Shown: piece after piece, positions 9,343-19,954 of the stretch
Layout of the letters: every line of letters begins with the position of its first letter
How positions within the stretch are numbered: position 1 is the first letter of the stretch
Source: Phycisphaeraceae bacterium
GTDB taxonomy: Bacteria; Planctomycetota; Phycisphaerae; Phycisphaerales; Phycisphaeraceae
Assembly: GCA_963667295.1 (NCBI GenBank)
Contig: OY763327.1
Location: 1,060,898-1,124,897, forward strand
Reading direction: 5' to 3'
Length of the DNA stretch: 64,000 nucleotides
Translations under genes and position numbers: made by a program
The notes under the pieces: model-generated
Database searches by the model: none
Told to the model about the DNA's origin: nothing
Seen by the model: only the letters and a program-made list of their open reading frames with translations

Positions 9343-11649
9343 ATGTCCGACCGGTCACGAGCCAGACAAAACACGATTCCAGTGACGCAGCCGACGCTGA
9401 ACGATCGGCTGATCGAGTTGTCAGCCTTGCTGTTGCTGATCCCCGCGCTGCTGCCTTTGCTGGTGGTGTTTTCCCCCTCTCTCTATCTGGAATCCGATCC
9501 GAGGCAAACCGCGGAGGCGGCGAACGTCACGATCAGCTTCGGCCCGACCGGGTCCATGTGGCTGGCGTCGGCATCCTTGCTGATATCCGCATTTACCCTG
9601 TGGGTGACGGTCAAAGCGGGGGGGCGCTTGCGTGTGTTTTCATGCGTGCTTGTTGCAGCGGGGATCGTGCCTTGCCTCTTGCATCTGAATGAGCACTTCA
9701 ATAGCCTGCTGCATGGGAGCGCATGGATCGCTGCCGCTTCGCTGGGCTTAGCGGCCATTCACCTTTCGCAATTTAACCGGGCCAAACGCATTATCGTGGC
9801 CGCTCTGATTGCGATCGGTTTTCCCTTGTTCTTGCAGGCTGCCTGGTATGTCTATGTCGAGCATCCTCAAACAATCGAATCCTTCCGCGCAAACCTGGAT
9901 GAGAACCTGATCCGCCGTGGGTTATCACCCGACTCACCCGAGGCAGCGAAGTACATGACGCGCCTGGAAGGTAATGATGTCATCGGTGCGATCGGGATGT
10001 CCAACGTCTATGGCTCACTCGTCGCAGCCATGACAATGATCACATTGATCTCGCTCGTTGGCGCTTGGCGTAAGCATGCGGCCAAAGGCCGACTTGTTGT
10101 TATAGCTGTACTGTTGCTGTTGAGTCTGTGGACGCTGAAGCTGACCCAATCCAAGGGGGCGGTACTGGCGCTGGTTGCAGCGGGGGGATTGGCGATCTTC
10201 GCGCTTGGTGTGGTGAGGTTCAAGCTCAAACCACGCGCACTTTTGCCGATTGTATGCATTGCATTGGTGTTGGCGGGCAGCGCGGCTGTTATCGCAAGAG
10301 GATCACTCGGGCCACCCAAAGACGCGACTGGCGAACGCAGCCTGTTGTTCCGTTATCACTATTGGCAAGGCGCGATACGCATACTCACCGAGCAGCCTTC
10401 ACGCATCCTGCTCGGAGCGGGATCCGGAGAATTCAAGAGCCTTTACGACACGGCCCGCAATCCGATCAGTCCGGAAGTTGTATCCAGCACGCACAACGTG
10501 TTCGTCGATTACACCGTGATGCTCGGCTTGGGCGGGTTATTCTGGGGCTTATTGCTGCTCGGTTGGCTTTGGCAGGCTGGGGTATCCTTGGGCAATCAAT
10601 CGTCTGAATCAGTTCAGACCGAGCGTGGTCCACCCGCGTTTAAGCCGATCGTCTTGTTTGGTTTACTTGCCGCGATCGTGTTCCTGACACAATACGCTGT
10701 CCAGTTCCCCGGCTTGTATGCCGAGACCGCGATCCTCTGGTTGATCGGCGTCAGCGGCTTCGTCGCCTTGTCCGTATATGTCATACTCCCGGCAATCGAG
10801 AATGATACGTACTTGATGAAAGCGGGGATTGTGTTTGCGGCCGTATTACTGCTGCTTCACGCACAGATCGAGATGACCTTCTTCTGGGATAGCGCATCCG
10901 CTGTCGTCTGGATCATCATCGGCCTGGCTGCTGGTAACGCAATGCCATCCAAGCCGGTGTCGGATAGCCCCAAGTGGATCAGGTACATACCAGCTGGCTG
11001 CGTGCTAGTGCTCTGTTTTGTCTTCACTATCGCCTTCACCTCGCCCACTGCCAGACAGCAACAGCACCTGCGTCGGGCAAGCGAAGCATTGATACAAGCT
11101 CAGAATCCGATGGTAGCGATCCAGGAACTCGACCAGGCAGCGGCCATCATCCCCAACGACCCGACCACCACACGCTGGCGCATCTCATTGAGGCAGGATC
11201 TGGCCTACGCCTACGCTCAATCTTTCGCCGATCAATCGCTGCAGATTCAAGCGATCCTCGCACAGGCACTGCAGATCAACCTCAACGCTCAGCAAGCGGG
11301 GCTCTCACCACTGACCAGCGCCCGCCAGCGAGGTCAGCTCTCGATCGGCGCCTACCAGATCACCAACGATCAGACCTGGCTGACCGAGGCCGAGAAAGCA
11401 TTCAGACTCGCCGCCCAACTCAGTCCAAATGGCTTAAACGATCATCTACGCCTCGCCGACACCCAATGGCAACTCGGTGACACCGAATCCGCCAGGCAGA
11501 GCTACAAGCGTGCATTAGAGATCAGCGATAACTACTACCTCGACCCCGACACGCAACTGACCAACGAAGAGCACGATCGCATCACAGAGCGCATTACAGA
11601 TCTTGCTGCATCACATCCAACAACCGCACCGATTAATTCTGCACCCTAA
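9343..11649 (+). CDS. Polytopic membrane protein with O-antigen-ligase-like (Wzy_C) core and C-terminal TPR region
   Basis: 768 aa; >10 predicted TM helices, then TPR-like C-terminal repeats; 24 bp after lacI-family gene. Confidence 0.6.
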   Translation: MSDRSRARQNTIPVTQPTLNDRLIELSALLLLIPALLPLLVVFSPSLYLESDPRQTAEAANVTISFGPTGSMWLASASLLISAFTLWVTVKAGGRLRVFSCVLVAAGIVPCLLHLNEHFNSLLHGSAWIAAASLGLAAIHLSQFNRAKRIIVAALIAIGFPLFLQAAWYVYVEHPQTIESFRANLDENLIRRGLSPDSPEAAKYMTRLEGNDVIGAIGMSNVYGSLVAAMTMITLISLVGAWRKHAAKGRLVVIAVLLLLSLWTLKLTQSKGAVLALVAAGGLAIFALGVVRFKLKPRALLPIVCIALVLAGSAAVIARGSLGPPKDATGERSLLFRYHYWQGAIRILTEQPSRILLGAGSGEFKSLYDTARNPISPEVVSSTHNVFVDYTVMLGLGGLFWGLLLLGWLWQAGVSLGNQSSESVQTERGPPAFKPIVLFGLLAAIVFLTQYAVQFPGLYAETAILWLIGVSGFVALSVYVILPAIENDTYLMKAGIVFAAVLLLLHAQIEMTFFWDSASAVVWIIIGLAAGNAMPSKPVSDSPKWIRYIPAGCVLVLCFVFTIAFTSPTARQQQHLRRASEALIQAQNPMVAIQELDQAAAIIPNDPTTTRWRISLRQDLAYAYAQSFADQSLQIQAILAQALQINLNAQQAGLSPLTSARQRGQLSIGAYQITNDQTWLTEAEKAFRLAAQLSPNGLNDHLRLADTQWQLGDTESARQSYKRALEISDNYYLDPDTQLTNEEHDRITERITDLAASHPTTAPINSAP

Positions 11650-12532
11650 CGACGATAGCCGGTGCATGAATGTCGGATAAGATAAACGCTCTGATTCTTT
11701 CAGCCTCCTCAAGCGACTGCGGCACCATGAATATGGATGAGCCTGAGCCTGAGACATGCACGGGCATCACCAGACGCCTCTGATAAACGTCAAGTAATTC
11801 CCGCAGCAAGGGCGCTACCTTGAATGCCGGCTCCGCCAGGACGTTGAACGGCGCATCCGCAGCCAACTTCTCTTGCTTTACCAGGTTCCAAACACGCTGC
11901 GTGTCAACTTCTGCTGAAGGTTGCAGCTTATCGTAACAGTGGTAAACCTCAGCGGTAGAACACTTCACGGGCAGTGTGCACAACACCAGATAGATCGGCT
12001 GCGACAGCGGCGCAGGCTCGATCATCTCACCAAACCCGCTTACGACCGCGGAGTTTGTGCCCAGTTGTGCCATGACCTGGAAGCCTACATCGCTGCCCAG
12101 TTGCATGGCCAGATCGGTCAATGTGGCTTGATCGAGACCAAGTGAGAACAAGCGGTTCAATCCGACGAGCATTCCCGCTGCATCACTGGAACCACCACCT
12201 AACCCCGCATAGGCCGGGATGCGCTTCTCCAGCAGCATCTTGATCGGCAGCGTTCGCCCAACATGCTGCTGCATTAGAGCGTGAGCGCGATACGCGAGGT
12301 CCTTTTCCAACAGCCAGTCGATCGCGATGGATGCAGGCGCATCCTTAGCTTCACGGATCGTAAAGGAGGAAGATTCACCATCTACTTTACTCAGCGTCAT
12401 CGTGTCGCCGAAGTCGGTTGCGACCATCCAACTGCACAGCGGGTGCAACCCGGACTGCGGATCGGGCGAACCAACAGACAGCGCCAGGTTGACCTTGGCG
12501 GGGCAGAATAGATTGAGGGTGTCGTCGGGCAT
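11633..12532 (-). CDS. ispE: 4-diphosphocytidyl-2-C-methyl-D-erythritol kinase
   Basis: GHMP kinase motifs (FCPAKVNLALSVG, PAYAGLGGGSSDAAG); ORF extends to 12598 but the Met at 12532 (MPDDTLNLF) fits family length and leaves a 10-bp gap to the TetR gene. Confidence 0.85.
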   Translation of the reverse strand: MPDDTLNLFCPAKVNLALSVGSPDPQSGLHPLCSWMVATDFGDTMTLSKVDGESSSFTIREAKDAPASIAIDWLLEKDLAYRAHALMQQHVGRTLPIKMLLEKRIPAYAGLGGGSSDAAGMLVGLNRLFSLGLDQATLTDLAMQLGSDVGFQVMAQLGTNSAVVSGFGEMIEPAPLSQPIYLVLCTLPVKCSTAEVYHCYDKLQPSAEVDTQRVWNLVKQEKLAADAPFNVLAEPAFKVAPLLRELLDVYQRRLVMPVHVSGSGSSIFMVPQSLEEAERIRAFILSDIHAPAIVVRVQN

Positions 12533-12542
12533 ACGGGTTAGT

Positions 12543-13211
12543 TTACCCGTCGTTGCTCGCGATGGCTGTGGTTTCCGGTGCGCCGGGGCCGACCTCACCG
12601 AGCATGATGCGCCCGTGCAGGTGAGACCAGAAGCGTTCGGCCTTGCGGCGGTCGCCCATCTTCACCGACCACGCGTCGATGATCTTCGCCACGATCGGCG
12701 GTAAGCCCGGCACGCTGTCGCGTTTGCCGACGCTTGCCAGCCAGAACATGAGGCGATATTGCTCGGGCTCATCGGCCGCTGCGTGGGCGTAGAGCGCGGC
12801 GGAGCGTTCGGCCGAGACCTCGGCGACCTGCGCCACGGGCTCGAAACGTGCCTGTGTCACTGCGTCCAGCAGCGAGCGCTTATCCTCGAAGTATCGGTAG
12901 ATCGAACCGACCGCGCAGTTAAGCTGCTTGGCGATTCGGCGGATGGTCGTGCCGTCGTAGCCATCCTCCGCCAGGCAGATTGCTGTGGCGTGCAGGATCT
13001 GTGCCCGGCTGAGCTGTGTCTGCGGGGCCTTGGCGGGCTTGGGCACGAGCCGACGTGTCGTGATATCCACCGCTGACGATGCGGCATCGACCGCGCGGTC
13101 GAACTTCGGGCCGATATCATCGCTGGCGGGGGTTGTGGGTATATTGCCCGGCGCGGGGGCCACGGGCGTATGGGACGGGGACAGGGTTGTTCCATCAACA
13201 TTTGTGTTCAA
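12543..13211 (-). CDS. TetR-family transcriptional regulator
   Basis: 222 aa; TetR HTH (TTIRRIAKQLNCAVGSIYRYFEDK); low-complexity N-terminus, so true start may be internal. Confidence 0.8.
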   Translation of the reverse strand: MNTNVDGTTLSPSHTPVAPAPGNIPTTPASDDIGPKFDRAVDAASSAVDITTRRLVPKPAKAPQTQLSRAQILHATAICLAEDGYDGTTIRRIAKQLNCAVGSIYRYFEDKRSLLDAVTQARFEPVAQVAEVSAERSAALYAHAAADEPEQYRLMFWLASVGKRDSVPGLPPIVAKIIDAWSVKMGDRRKAERFWSHLHGRIMLGEVGPGAPETTAIASNDG

Positions 13212-13314
13212 GGTTCACCTCCTTGTGAACAGGTGTAGTGTGGGCAATGATCGCCGAGGTGTCAAGAGCAAGGTTCACCATCGGACCCCCAGAGGTGGTT
13301 ATCATGTATAGATC

Positions 13315-13989
13315 ATGCCAGAAAAGGGGGTTGTGGCGATGGCTGATGTGAAGGCTGCTGTTGAACAAATGGTGCAAAACCAGCTCGAAGCCCGCGGCAT
13401 CCGCAGCACCGCCGTGCTGAACGCCATGCGAAGCGTGCCCAGGCACCTGTTTGTCCCGGATGTCTCCATCCGCAAGGCCTACGGCGACCACGCCCTGCCC
13501 ACCACCGCCGGGCAGACCATCAGCCAACCCTATATCGTGGCCCTGATGAGCGAGTTGCTGGATGTCCAGCCGGGTATGAAGGTGCTGGAGATCGGCACGG
13601 GCAGCGGCTACCAGACGGCGATCCTTGTCAGCATGGGTGCCACTGTCGTCACGATCGAACGTTATCCCGAGCTGATGGACCACGCGAAGGCCATTCTGGC
13701 GAAGGTCTGCCCCGCAGCGCCGATCCGTATGCTGTTGGCTGATGGCACGCTGGGGTATCCAGCCGACGCCCCATACGACCGCATCCTCGTCACCGCCGCG
13801 GCGCCCCACGTGCCCGCAGCCTACAAGGACCAGCTCGCAGACCCCGGCAGGATCGTGATCCCGCTGGGCGATCGATATACGCAGATGCTGACGGTGATCG
13901 AACGTCGACAGGGCATGTTGCTGGAGACAGATAGCGTGCCTTGCCGGTTCGTGCCGCTGGTGGGCGCTGATGGTTGGGGGCTGGATTGA
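13315..13989 (+). CDS. pcm: Protein-L-isoaspartate O-methyltransferase
   Basis: 224 aa; SAM-MTase motif (VLEIGTGSGYQTA) and PIMT family signature. Confidence 0.85.
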   Translation: MPEKGVVAMADVKAAVEQMVQNQLEARGIRSTAVLNAMRSVPRHLFVPDVSIRKAYGDHALPTTAGQTISQPYIVALMSELLDVQPGMKVLEIGTGSGYQTAILVSMGATVVTIERYPELMDHAKAILAKVCPAAPIRMLLADGTLGYPADAPYDRILVTAAAPHVPAAYKDQLADPGRIVIPLGDRYTQMLTVIERRQGMLLETDSVPCRFVPLVGADGWGLD

Positions 13990-14451
13990 TGTGAAATAAG
14001 GGTTTCCCTGGCATCGCGCACAACGATTAATCGGAATCACTGGGCTGACTAATTTCCCAGCGCACAAATTTTCACTTCAATCGACGTCTTTTCTTCTTTG
14101 AGATCGGGTTCTTTGTGCCGTTGCGGATTGACACATGGATTCTGAACGTGCATGAACCGGCGGTGATCCGGTTTGTGTATTGGTGAGTATTTTGTTGTGC
14201 TTGTCATGGATTGATGACCTTCTACAAAAGGCGGCTGGACAGTTGTTGCGCGCGCGATGCTGTGGATCGTTCATATCGTGCGAGATCGCGGCTGGTGCCG
14301 GTTATGGCCGGGCTTGGAGATATGGGGTGAGACCATTGGTGAAGTGCTTCGAGATTATGCCTGGCGAAGTGTTCGGTGTGTGATTTTATCCGGGACTGAG
14401 ACAATGACCCCAAGTTGATTCCTTGGACGCGGCGCGGGAGAGTACGCCACC

Positions 14452-15138
14452 ATGGACAGGAACCTTCTCTACGGGATGTTTGTGGCGTTGTTCGCGGTGC
14501 TGGACCCGATCGGGAATCTGCCGATCTTTGTGGACTATACGGGATCGATGCGCCGCGGCGTACAGGTCGCGACGTCGGTGCTTATCTCCGGCGTGGTCTT
14601 CATCGGCTTGACGGTGTTCCTGCTGATCGGGCAGGGTGTGCTGCACTTTTTCGGCATCTCGCTGCCCGCGTTCCAGATTGCAGGCGGGATCGTGCTGCTC
14701 ATCATGGGTTTGAAGATGATCACCGGCAAAACACGCAGCTCGGAAATCAAGGAACGGGCCGAAAAGAAGAACTTCCGCACAGGCCTGTTCTCCGCATTCG
14801 ATGAGGCGGGCGCACATCTCAAGGACATCATCGTCCCGGTCGGCATCCCCCTATTCGTCGGCCCGGGCTCACTGAGCACGGTTGTTTTGTATTCTGCCAA
14901 GTCGGACGGCAGCATCGAGATGACCTTCGCCATGATCGGCATCATCCTGCTGTTAAGCATCATCACCTGCGTGATCCTGTCCACCTCCATGGTCGTCTCC
15001 CGCGTGCTGGGCATCCACGGCCTCGAAGTCGCGACACGGATTTTAGGATTACTGATCGCGGCGATCGGGGTACAGTTCTTTTTAAATGGTTTAGCGGCTG
15101 TGACAACGATATTTGATGCGGGGAAGTTGGTGAGTTGA
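14452..15138 (+). CDS. MarC-family integral membrane protein
   Basis: 228 aa; six TM helices; UPF0056/MarC pattern (LDPIGNLPIF). Confidence 0.8.
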   Translation: MDRNLLYGMFVALFAVLDPIGNLPIFVDYTGSMRRGVQVATSVLISGVVFIGLTVFLLIGQGVLHFFGISLPAFQIAGGIVLLIMGLKMITGKTRSSEIKERAEKKNFRTGLFSAFDEAGAHLKDIIVPVGIPLFVGPGSLSTVVLYSAKSDGSIEMTFAMIGIILLLSIITCVILSTSMVVSRVLGIHGLEVATRILGLLIAAIGVQFFLNGLAAVTTIFDAGKLVS

Positions 15139-15196
15139 GCGGGGATTCGGAGAAGATAAGAATCGGAACGCTAATCTTCGCTAAGTAACGCCGGGT

Positions 15197-15315
15197 GCCA
15201 CACTTTGACTGCGGAGCAGCAAAGTGTGCAAGAAAGAATTATCTGGCTGGTTGCCATTGTCAGGTGTTAACCGCATCGAAAAAGCACACTTTGCCCTGCG
15301 GGACAAAGTGTGGCA
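15197..15315. repeat. Duplicated hairpin element (two copies of GCCACACTTTG-loop-CAAAGTGTG)
   Basis: Hairpin A at 15197-15230 and hairpin B at 15284-15315 share 9-10 bp stems and CTGCGG-containing loops; outer arms GGGTGCCACAC/GTGTGGCACCC also complementary; lies between convergent genes. Confidence 0.6.
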
Positions 15316-15425
15316 CCCATACATCAAGCGTGTTGTGTTTGCATTGGCCCGGTGGGCCAATGGGTGGAATGAATTCCACCGCTAAACGTTGGGAGATGGG
15401 GAGTGCGTGGTGGTTATTGGGTGGG

Positions 15426-16778
15426 TTAGTTGTTGTTCAGGCGTTCGCAGGTCATGCGGTTTTGGTAGGTGCCGGGGGCGTGGCCTACGGCGTCCCAGCC
15501 GCGGCCGACGGAGGTGCCGGCGAGGGTGATCCAGAGGCCGGCCTGGGAGTCGGGGCGGTTATTAAAGAGTGTGAATTCGATGGCGTTTTCGGGCAGGCGC
15601 CAGCCGGCGGTGGGGGAGGGTTGGGTGCTGGCTTGGGCGGCGAAGTCTTCCAAGGTGATTCGGCCGACGGGGGTGTCGTTGTTGTAGAGGGTGATGGTGA
15701 GTGGTTCGTCGCGCTTAAGTGGGCCTTGGGCGAGTTGTTTGAATGGGCCTTTTTCGCCGGAGGATGCTTCGACGACGCGGAAGGTGTTGTTGGCGGCGAG
15801 GTAGGCCAGCCGAGCGGGTTGACCCGTGGGGTATTCAGAGTAAGTGACTTCGATGCGGTCGTGCGGGCATGGGGAGAAGGACAGGAACAGACGTTCATGA
15901 CCCTGAATGTTCAATGTGCAGTAAGAATTCAGGTGGGAGTAGATGGGGGATGAGAGGTACGTGTTTGCTTCGAGTTTGAGGATATTGTCAGTGGGTGGGT
16001 CGATGCTTAAGGTTCCCCATTGCGACCAGCCGAAGTATGTCGACGAGTTAGCATCAGGCAGTTTCCAGTTACTTAGCCATGGTGCGCGTGGCGATCGAGC
16101 ATATACCGGTGCGAAGATTGTCCAGCAACGGTCAGGCGAACGGCTGATGAATTGAAGCATGGGTTCGATGCCGACCAATACCGGGCCGAAGTGGATGGTG
16201 ATGTTGCCATGCTGAGGAGAGAGCGCGGCGAAGTCGGCAAGGCGGATAGCGGCGGGTGGGTCTTCGATGAGTCCTTCGACGGGTTGTGGTTGTGTGTTTG
16301 ATGAGACGGGGTGTGTTGCGGGGGCGGCCCCGCGTTGAGATAGAGGCAACACGATTCCGAGCAGCAAACCTGCGGCGATCCCGGCGGATGAGGCGACGCG
16401 GTGTTTTCCGCATTTACGGTAGGAGAACCAACCGACGCAAAGCAGTAAGAAGCCGAACAGGATTGCCGGTATGGCTGGACGCCGGCCGCTGATGGGGAAG
16501 ATGATCGCGCCAGCAATCGCGGCAGTGAAGTAGGTGGCGGCCATACCGGTCATGATGAAACGTGCCAACGCGATGCGGTGTTTGCTGATGCTGTATAGCC
16601 CGGCAATGCAGAGGGCGATGATGATCCAAGGCAAGACCTGGTTCGCCCAGAAGCGCGGATGGGTGAAGGCGAAGCCGTGCGGCATGAACCACCAGCCAAA
16701 AGCTGCGGCGACGAGATGAGCGCAGAGAATGACTTTCCAGATAAAGAGCCAGCGGAGTTTGGGGGATGTGTCGGGCAA
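15426..16778 (-). CDS. Hypothetical membrane protein (4 N-terminal TM helices plus large extracytoplasmic domain)
   Basis: 450 aa ORF; the overlapping plus-strand ORF 15195-15953 is Gly-rich antisense noise typical of high-GC DNA. Confidence 0.5.
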   Translation of the reverse strand: MPDTSPKLRWLFIWKVILCAHLVAAAFGWWFMPHGFAFTHPRFWANQVLPWIIIALCIAGLYSISKHRIALARFIMTGMAATYFTAAIAGAIIFPISGRRPAIPAILFGFLLLCVGWFSYRKCGKHRVASSAGIAAGLLLGIVLPLSQRGAAPATHPVSSNTQPQPVEGLIEDPPAAIRLADFAALSPQHGNITIHFGPVLVGIEPMLQFISRSPDRCWTIFAPVYARSPRAPWLSNWKLPDANSSTYFGWSQWGTLSIDPPTDNILKLEANTYLSSPIYSHLNSYCTLNIQGHERLFLSFSPCPHDRIEVTYSEYPTGQPARLAYLAANNTFRVVEASSGEKGPFKQLAQGPLKRDEPLTITLYNNDTPVGRITLEDFAAQASTQPSPTAGWRLPENAIEFTLFNNRPDSQAGLWITLAGTSVGRGWDAVGHAPGTYQNRMTCERLNNN

Positions 16779-16920
16779 GGGGTAGTTCCCGGATTGTGAA
16801 AGACCTTATCTGTTGTATGTTCAATATCATCGGGTGGATCGACAATATCTCAAATTGATTGCAAAAAGAAAACCCCCGGCAAGCCGGGGGCTAAGAATTT
16901 GTGTTGTAGTAGCTGGTTAA

Positions 16921-18627
16921 TTACTCGTCGGTCACGCAGCCTTCGCTGGCGGACTTTACGTTTTTGATGTACTTCCAGAGGGTGCCGCGGTTGGCTTTGT
17001 AAGGTGGTTTTTTCCAGGCGGCTTTGCGTTTGGCGAGTTCGTCATCCGAGACTTCGATTTCGATGGTGTTCTTCTCGGCGTCGATGGTGAGTTTGTCGCC
17101 ATCTTTGACGAGCGCGATGGGGCCGCCTTCCTGTGCTTCGGGGGTGACGTGGCCGATGATGAAGCCGTGCGAGCCGCCGGAGAATCGGCCGTCGGTCATG
17201 AGTGCGACGTCTTTGCCGAGGCCAGCGCCCATGATGGCGCTGGTGGGGGTGAGCATTTCGGGCATGCCGGGGCCGCCGGTCGGGCCTTCGTAGCGGATGA
17301 CGATGACGTCACCCTTGCCGATCTTGCCGTCTTCGAGGCCCTTGAGCATGTCTTCTTCGGAGTCGTAGACACGGGCGGGGCCGGAGAACTTCAAACCTTC
17401 CTTGCCGGTGATCTTGGCAACGGCGCCTGTGGGGGCGAGGTTGCCGGTGAGGATGCGGATATGGCCCGAAGATTTGAGGGGCTTGTCCAGTGGGGCGACG
17501 ATCTGCTGGCCTTCTTTCAGGTCGGGCACGTTGGCGAGGTTTTCCTTGATGGTTTTGCCGGTGACGGTTAATTGATCGCCGTCGATCATGCCGGCTTCAA
17601 GTAGCATCTTCATCACTGCGGGGATGCCGCCGATGGTGTGGATGTCTTCCATGACGTACCTGCCGGAGGGTTTGAGGTCTGACAGGAGCGGGGTCTTGTC
17701 GGAGACCTTCTGGAAGTCCTGGATGTCGAGCTTGATGTCAAAAGCGCGAGCGATGGCGAGAAGGTGCAGGACCATATTGGTGGAGCCGCCGAGCGCGGTG
17801 GCGGTGACCATGGCGTTTTCAAGGCTGGCGCGTGTGAGGATGTCGCGCGGCTTGAGGTCCATCTCAAGGAGCTTGTAGATCATCTTGCCGGCAGCGACGC
17901 ACTCATCTGCTTTATCTTTCGAGACGGCGGGGTTGGAAGCGCTGTAAGGCAGTGACAGGCCCATCGCTTCGATGGCGGTCGCCATGGTGTTTGCGGTGTA
18001 CATGCCGCCACAGGCGCCAGCGCCGGGGCAGGACTTACGGACGATTTCCTCGCGCTGCGCTTCGGTGATCTTGCCTGCGAGGGATTCGCCGTAAGACTGG
18101 AAGGCGGAGACGACGTCGCGCGGTGTTTCTTCGTCGAGGTGATCTTTATCAAGGAAGCTGGTGCAGCCGGGCTTGATGGTGCCGCCGTAGACCATGATGG
18201 AGGGGCGGTTGAGCCGACCCATCGCGATGATACAGCCGGGCATATTCTTGTCGCAGCCGGGCAGGGAGACCATGGCGTCGTACCATTGTGCGCCCATGAT
18301 GGTTTCGATGGAGTCGGCGATGAGGTCACGGGACTGGAGCGAGAAGCTCATGCCGTCGGTGCCCATCGAGATACCGTCGCTGACGCCAATGGTGTTGAAC
18401 CGCATGCCGACCATGTTCGCTTCGGTGACGCCTTTCTTGACGTATTCCGCGAGTTCGAGCAGGTGCATGTTGCAGGGGTTGCCTTCGTACCAGACGCTGG
18501 CGATGCCGACCTGGGGCTTTTTCATATCGTCATCGGTCATGCCGGTGGCGTAGAGCATGGCCTGGCTGGCGCCCTGGCTCTTGGGTTCTGTGACGCGGGA
18601 GGAGTACTTATTGAGTTTTGCGGTCAT
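16921..18627 (-). CDS. ilvD: Dihydroxy-acid dehydratase
   Basis: IlvD/EDD signatures (CDKNMPG, SGGSHG...GHV); ORF is open to 18777 but the family N-terminus starts at [18 protein letters not shown] at 18625-18627. Confidence 0.9.
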   Translation of the reverse strand: MTAKLNKYSSRVTEPKSQGASQAMLYATGMTDDDMKKPQVGIASVWYEGNPCNMHLLELAEYVKKGVTEANMVGMRFNTIGVSDGISMGTDGMSFSLQSRDLIADSIETIMGAQWYDAMVSLPGCDKNMPGCIIAMGRLNRPSIMVYGGTIKPGCTSFLDKDHLDEETPRDVVSAFQSYGESLAGKITEAQREEIVRKSCPGAGACGGMYTANTMATAIEAMGLSLPYSASNPAVSKDKADECVAAGKMIYKLLEMDLKPRDILTRASLENAMVTATALGGSTNMVLHLLAIARAFDIKLDIQDFQKVSDKTPLLSDLKPSGRYVMEDIHTIGGIPAVMKMLLEAGMIDGDQLTVTGKTIKENLANVPDLKEGQQIVAPLDKPLKSSGHIRILTGNLAPTGAVAKITGKEGLKFSGPARVYDSEEDMLKGLEDGKIGKGDVIVIRYEGPTGGPGMPEMLTPTSAIMGAGLGKDVALMTDGRFSGGSHGFIIGHVTPEAQEGGPIALVKDGDKLTIDAEKNTIEIEVSDDELAKRKAAWKKPPYKANRGTLWKYIKNVKSASEGCVTDE

Positions 18628-18786
18628 GGTTGTTGTCCCAAATAATGCGGTTAGTTTAGCCGGGCATTGTAACAAACGTGGCGAGGGGTGGATTGAGTAT
18701 GCGGTTGGGGATTGAGAGGGGGTTGCAGGGGGGAATGGGGTGGCGGGATTATCCCTGCGGGACAAATGGCGGAACAAGTTCCGCCG

Positions 18787-19953
18787 CTAAACGGAGAAGG
18801 AGTGGCGCATCAACGCCTGGTAGACATCGGCTCCGCGGTTTAGTTGATCGATGCTGATGTATTCGTCGCGGGTGTGGGCGCGGTCGATTTCACCGGGGCC
18901 CAGGACGACGGTGGGCAGGCCGGCGTTGGAGTAGTGGCTGGCGTGGGTAGCGTAGGGCGCACCGATGGCGAGTGTCGGTAATTCTTGTGACTGAAGTACC
19001 TCTTTGACAACGCCCAAAAACTTCTCGCCGCCGGTCGGCAAGAGCGGAGGATGCGAGACGCCGACGTCGACGGCGTATTCCATATCAGGCTCGTCGGCAC
19101 GGACGGAATCCAGCACTTCGATAAACGTGGGGAGCACAGTCTTGTAGTCTTCACCCGGCACGACGCGGCGGTCGATGTCGATGACACATTTATCGGGGAT
19201 GATGTTCGGGGCGGTGCCACCACGGATCATGTTGACGCTGCACGCGGCGTGGCCGGTCAGTTCGTGTTCGTAAGTCAAACTCGGTATGTATTGCGACTCG
19301 ATGGCGAAAAGCAGCTTAAGCATCATGGTGATCGCGCTACGGCCTTCGTGTGGAACGGAGGAGTGCGCCGCGGTGCCGTGGGTCGTGACTTTCCATCGGA
19401 TCAGGCCGTTGTGGGCGATGATGGGGCGAAGTTCGGTGGGTTCACCGACGATGACGCCTTTGGGGGTGATACCGAGTTTGGGGTAATCATTTTTCAGGAA
19501 GGAGACGACGCCGTGCATGCCGGCTTCTTCATCGACGCCGAAGAAGAGGGCGATGTTGTTCGGGCTGGCGCCGGCTTCTACGTATTGTTTCATGGCCCAA
19601 AGCATGGCCGCGCCGGTGCCTTTGGTATCGCAAGCGCCCCGACCATAGAGTCGGTTGTTGCGGATATCACCGCCCAACGGATCGATGGACATATTCTCGA
19701 TGGCGACGGTGTCCATGTGGCTGTCGAACAGAAGCCAGGGCGCGTTGTCGCTGATCTTGTGTGTGACGATCAGTTGATCGGCTCGACCTTTTAGCGGCAG
19801 CCGTTTGGTGGTGAGATCGAATCGTTTAGCTGTTTTTTCGAGATACTCGCAGAGTTCGAGTTCGGCATCGGGGCGGCCGGAGATGCTGCTGTTGACGCTG
19901 TTGATGCGGACCATCGCCTGCAATAATTCAGTCACGTTCGATGGAGCTGCCAT
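18787..19953 (-). CDS. M20-family metallopeptidase (ArgE/DapE-like deacylase)
   Basis: 388 aa; M20 metal-binding motifs (HMDTV, GACDTKG, VDEEAG); 1 bp gap to downstream MBL gene, suggesting an operon. Confidence 0.8.
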   Translation of the reverse strand: MAAPSNVTELLQAMVRINSVNSSISGRPDAELELCEYLEKTAKRFDLTTKRLPLKGRADQLIVTHKISDNAPWLLFDSHMDTVAIENMSIDPLGGDIRNNRLYGRGACDTKGTGAAMLWAMKQYVEAGASPNNIALFFGVDEEAGMHGVVSFLKNDYPKLGITPKGVIVGEPTELRPIIAHNGLIRWKVTTHGTAAHSSVPHEGRSAITMMLKLLFAIESQYIPSLTYEHELTGHAACSVNMIRGGTAPNIIPDKCVIDIDRRVVPGEDYKTVLPTFIEVLDSVRADEPDMEYAVDVGVSHPPLLPTGGEKFLGVVKEVLQSQELPTLAIGAPYATHASHYSNAGLPTVVLGPGEIDRAHTRDEYISIDQLNRGADVYQALMRHSFSV

Positions 19954-19954
19954 C

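Noticed and set aside
15195-15953. 252-aa Gly-rich plus-strand ORF
   Set aside because: Overlaps and is antisense to the 450-aa membrane-protein ORF; extreme Gly/Ala content indicates non-coding antisense frame.
17149-18645. Plus-strand ORFs of 140-168 aa within ilvD
   Set aside because: Antisense shadow ORFs of the dihydroxy-acid dehydratase gene.
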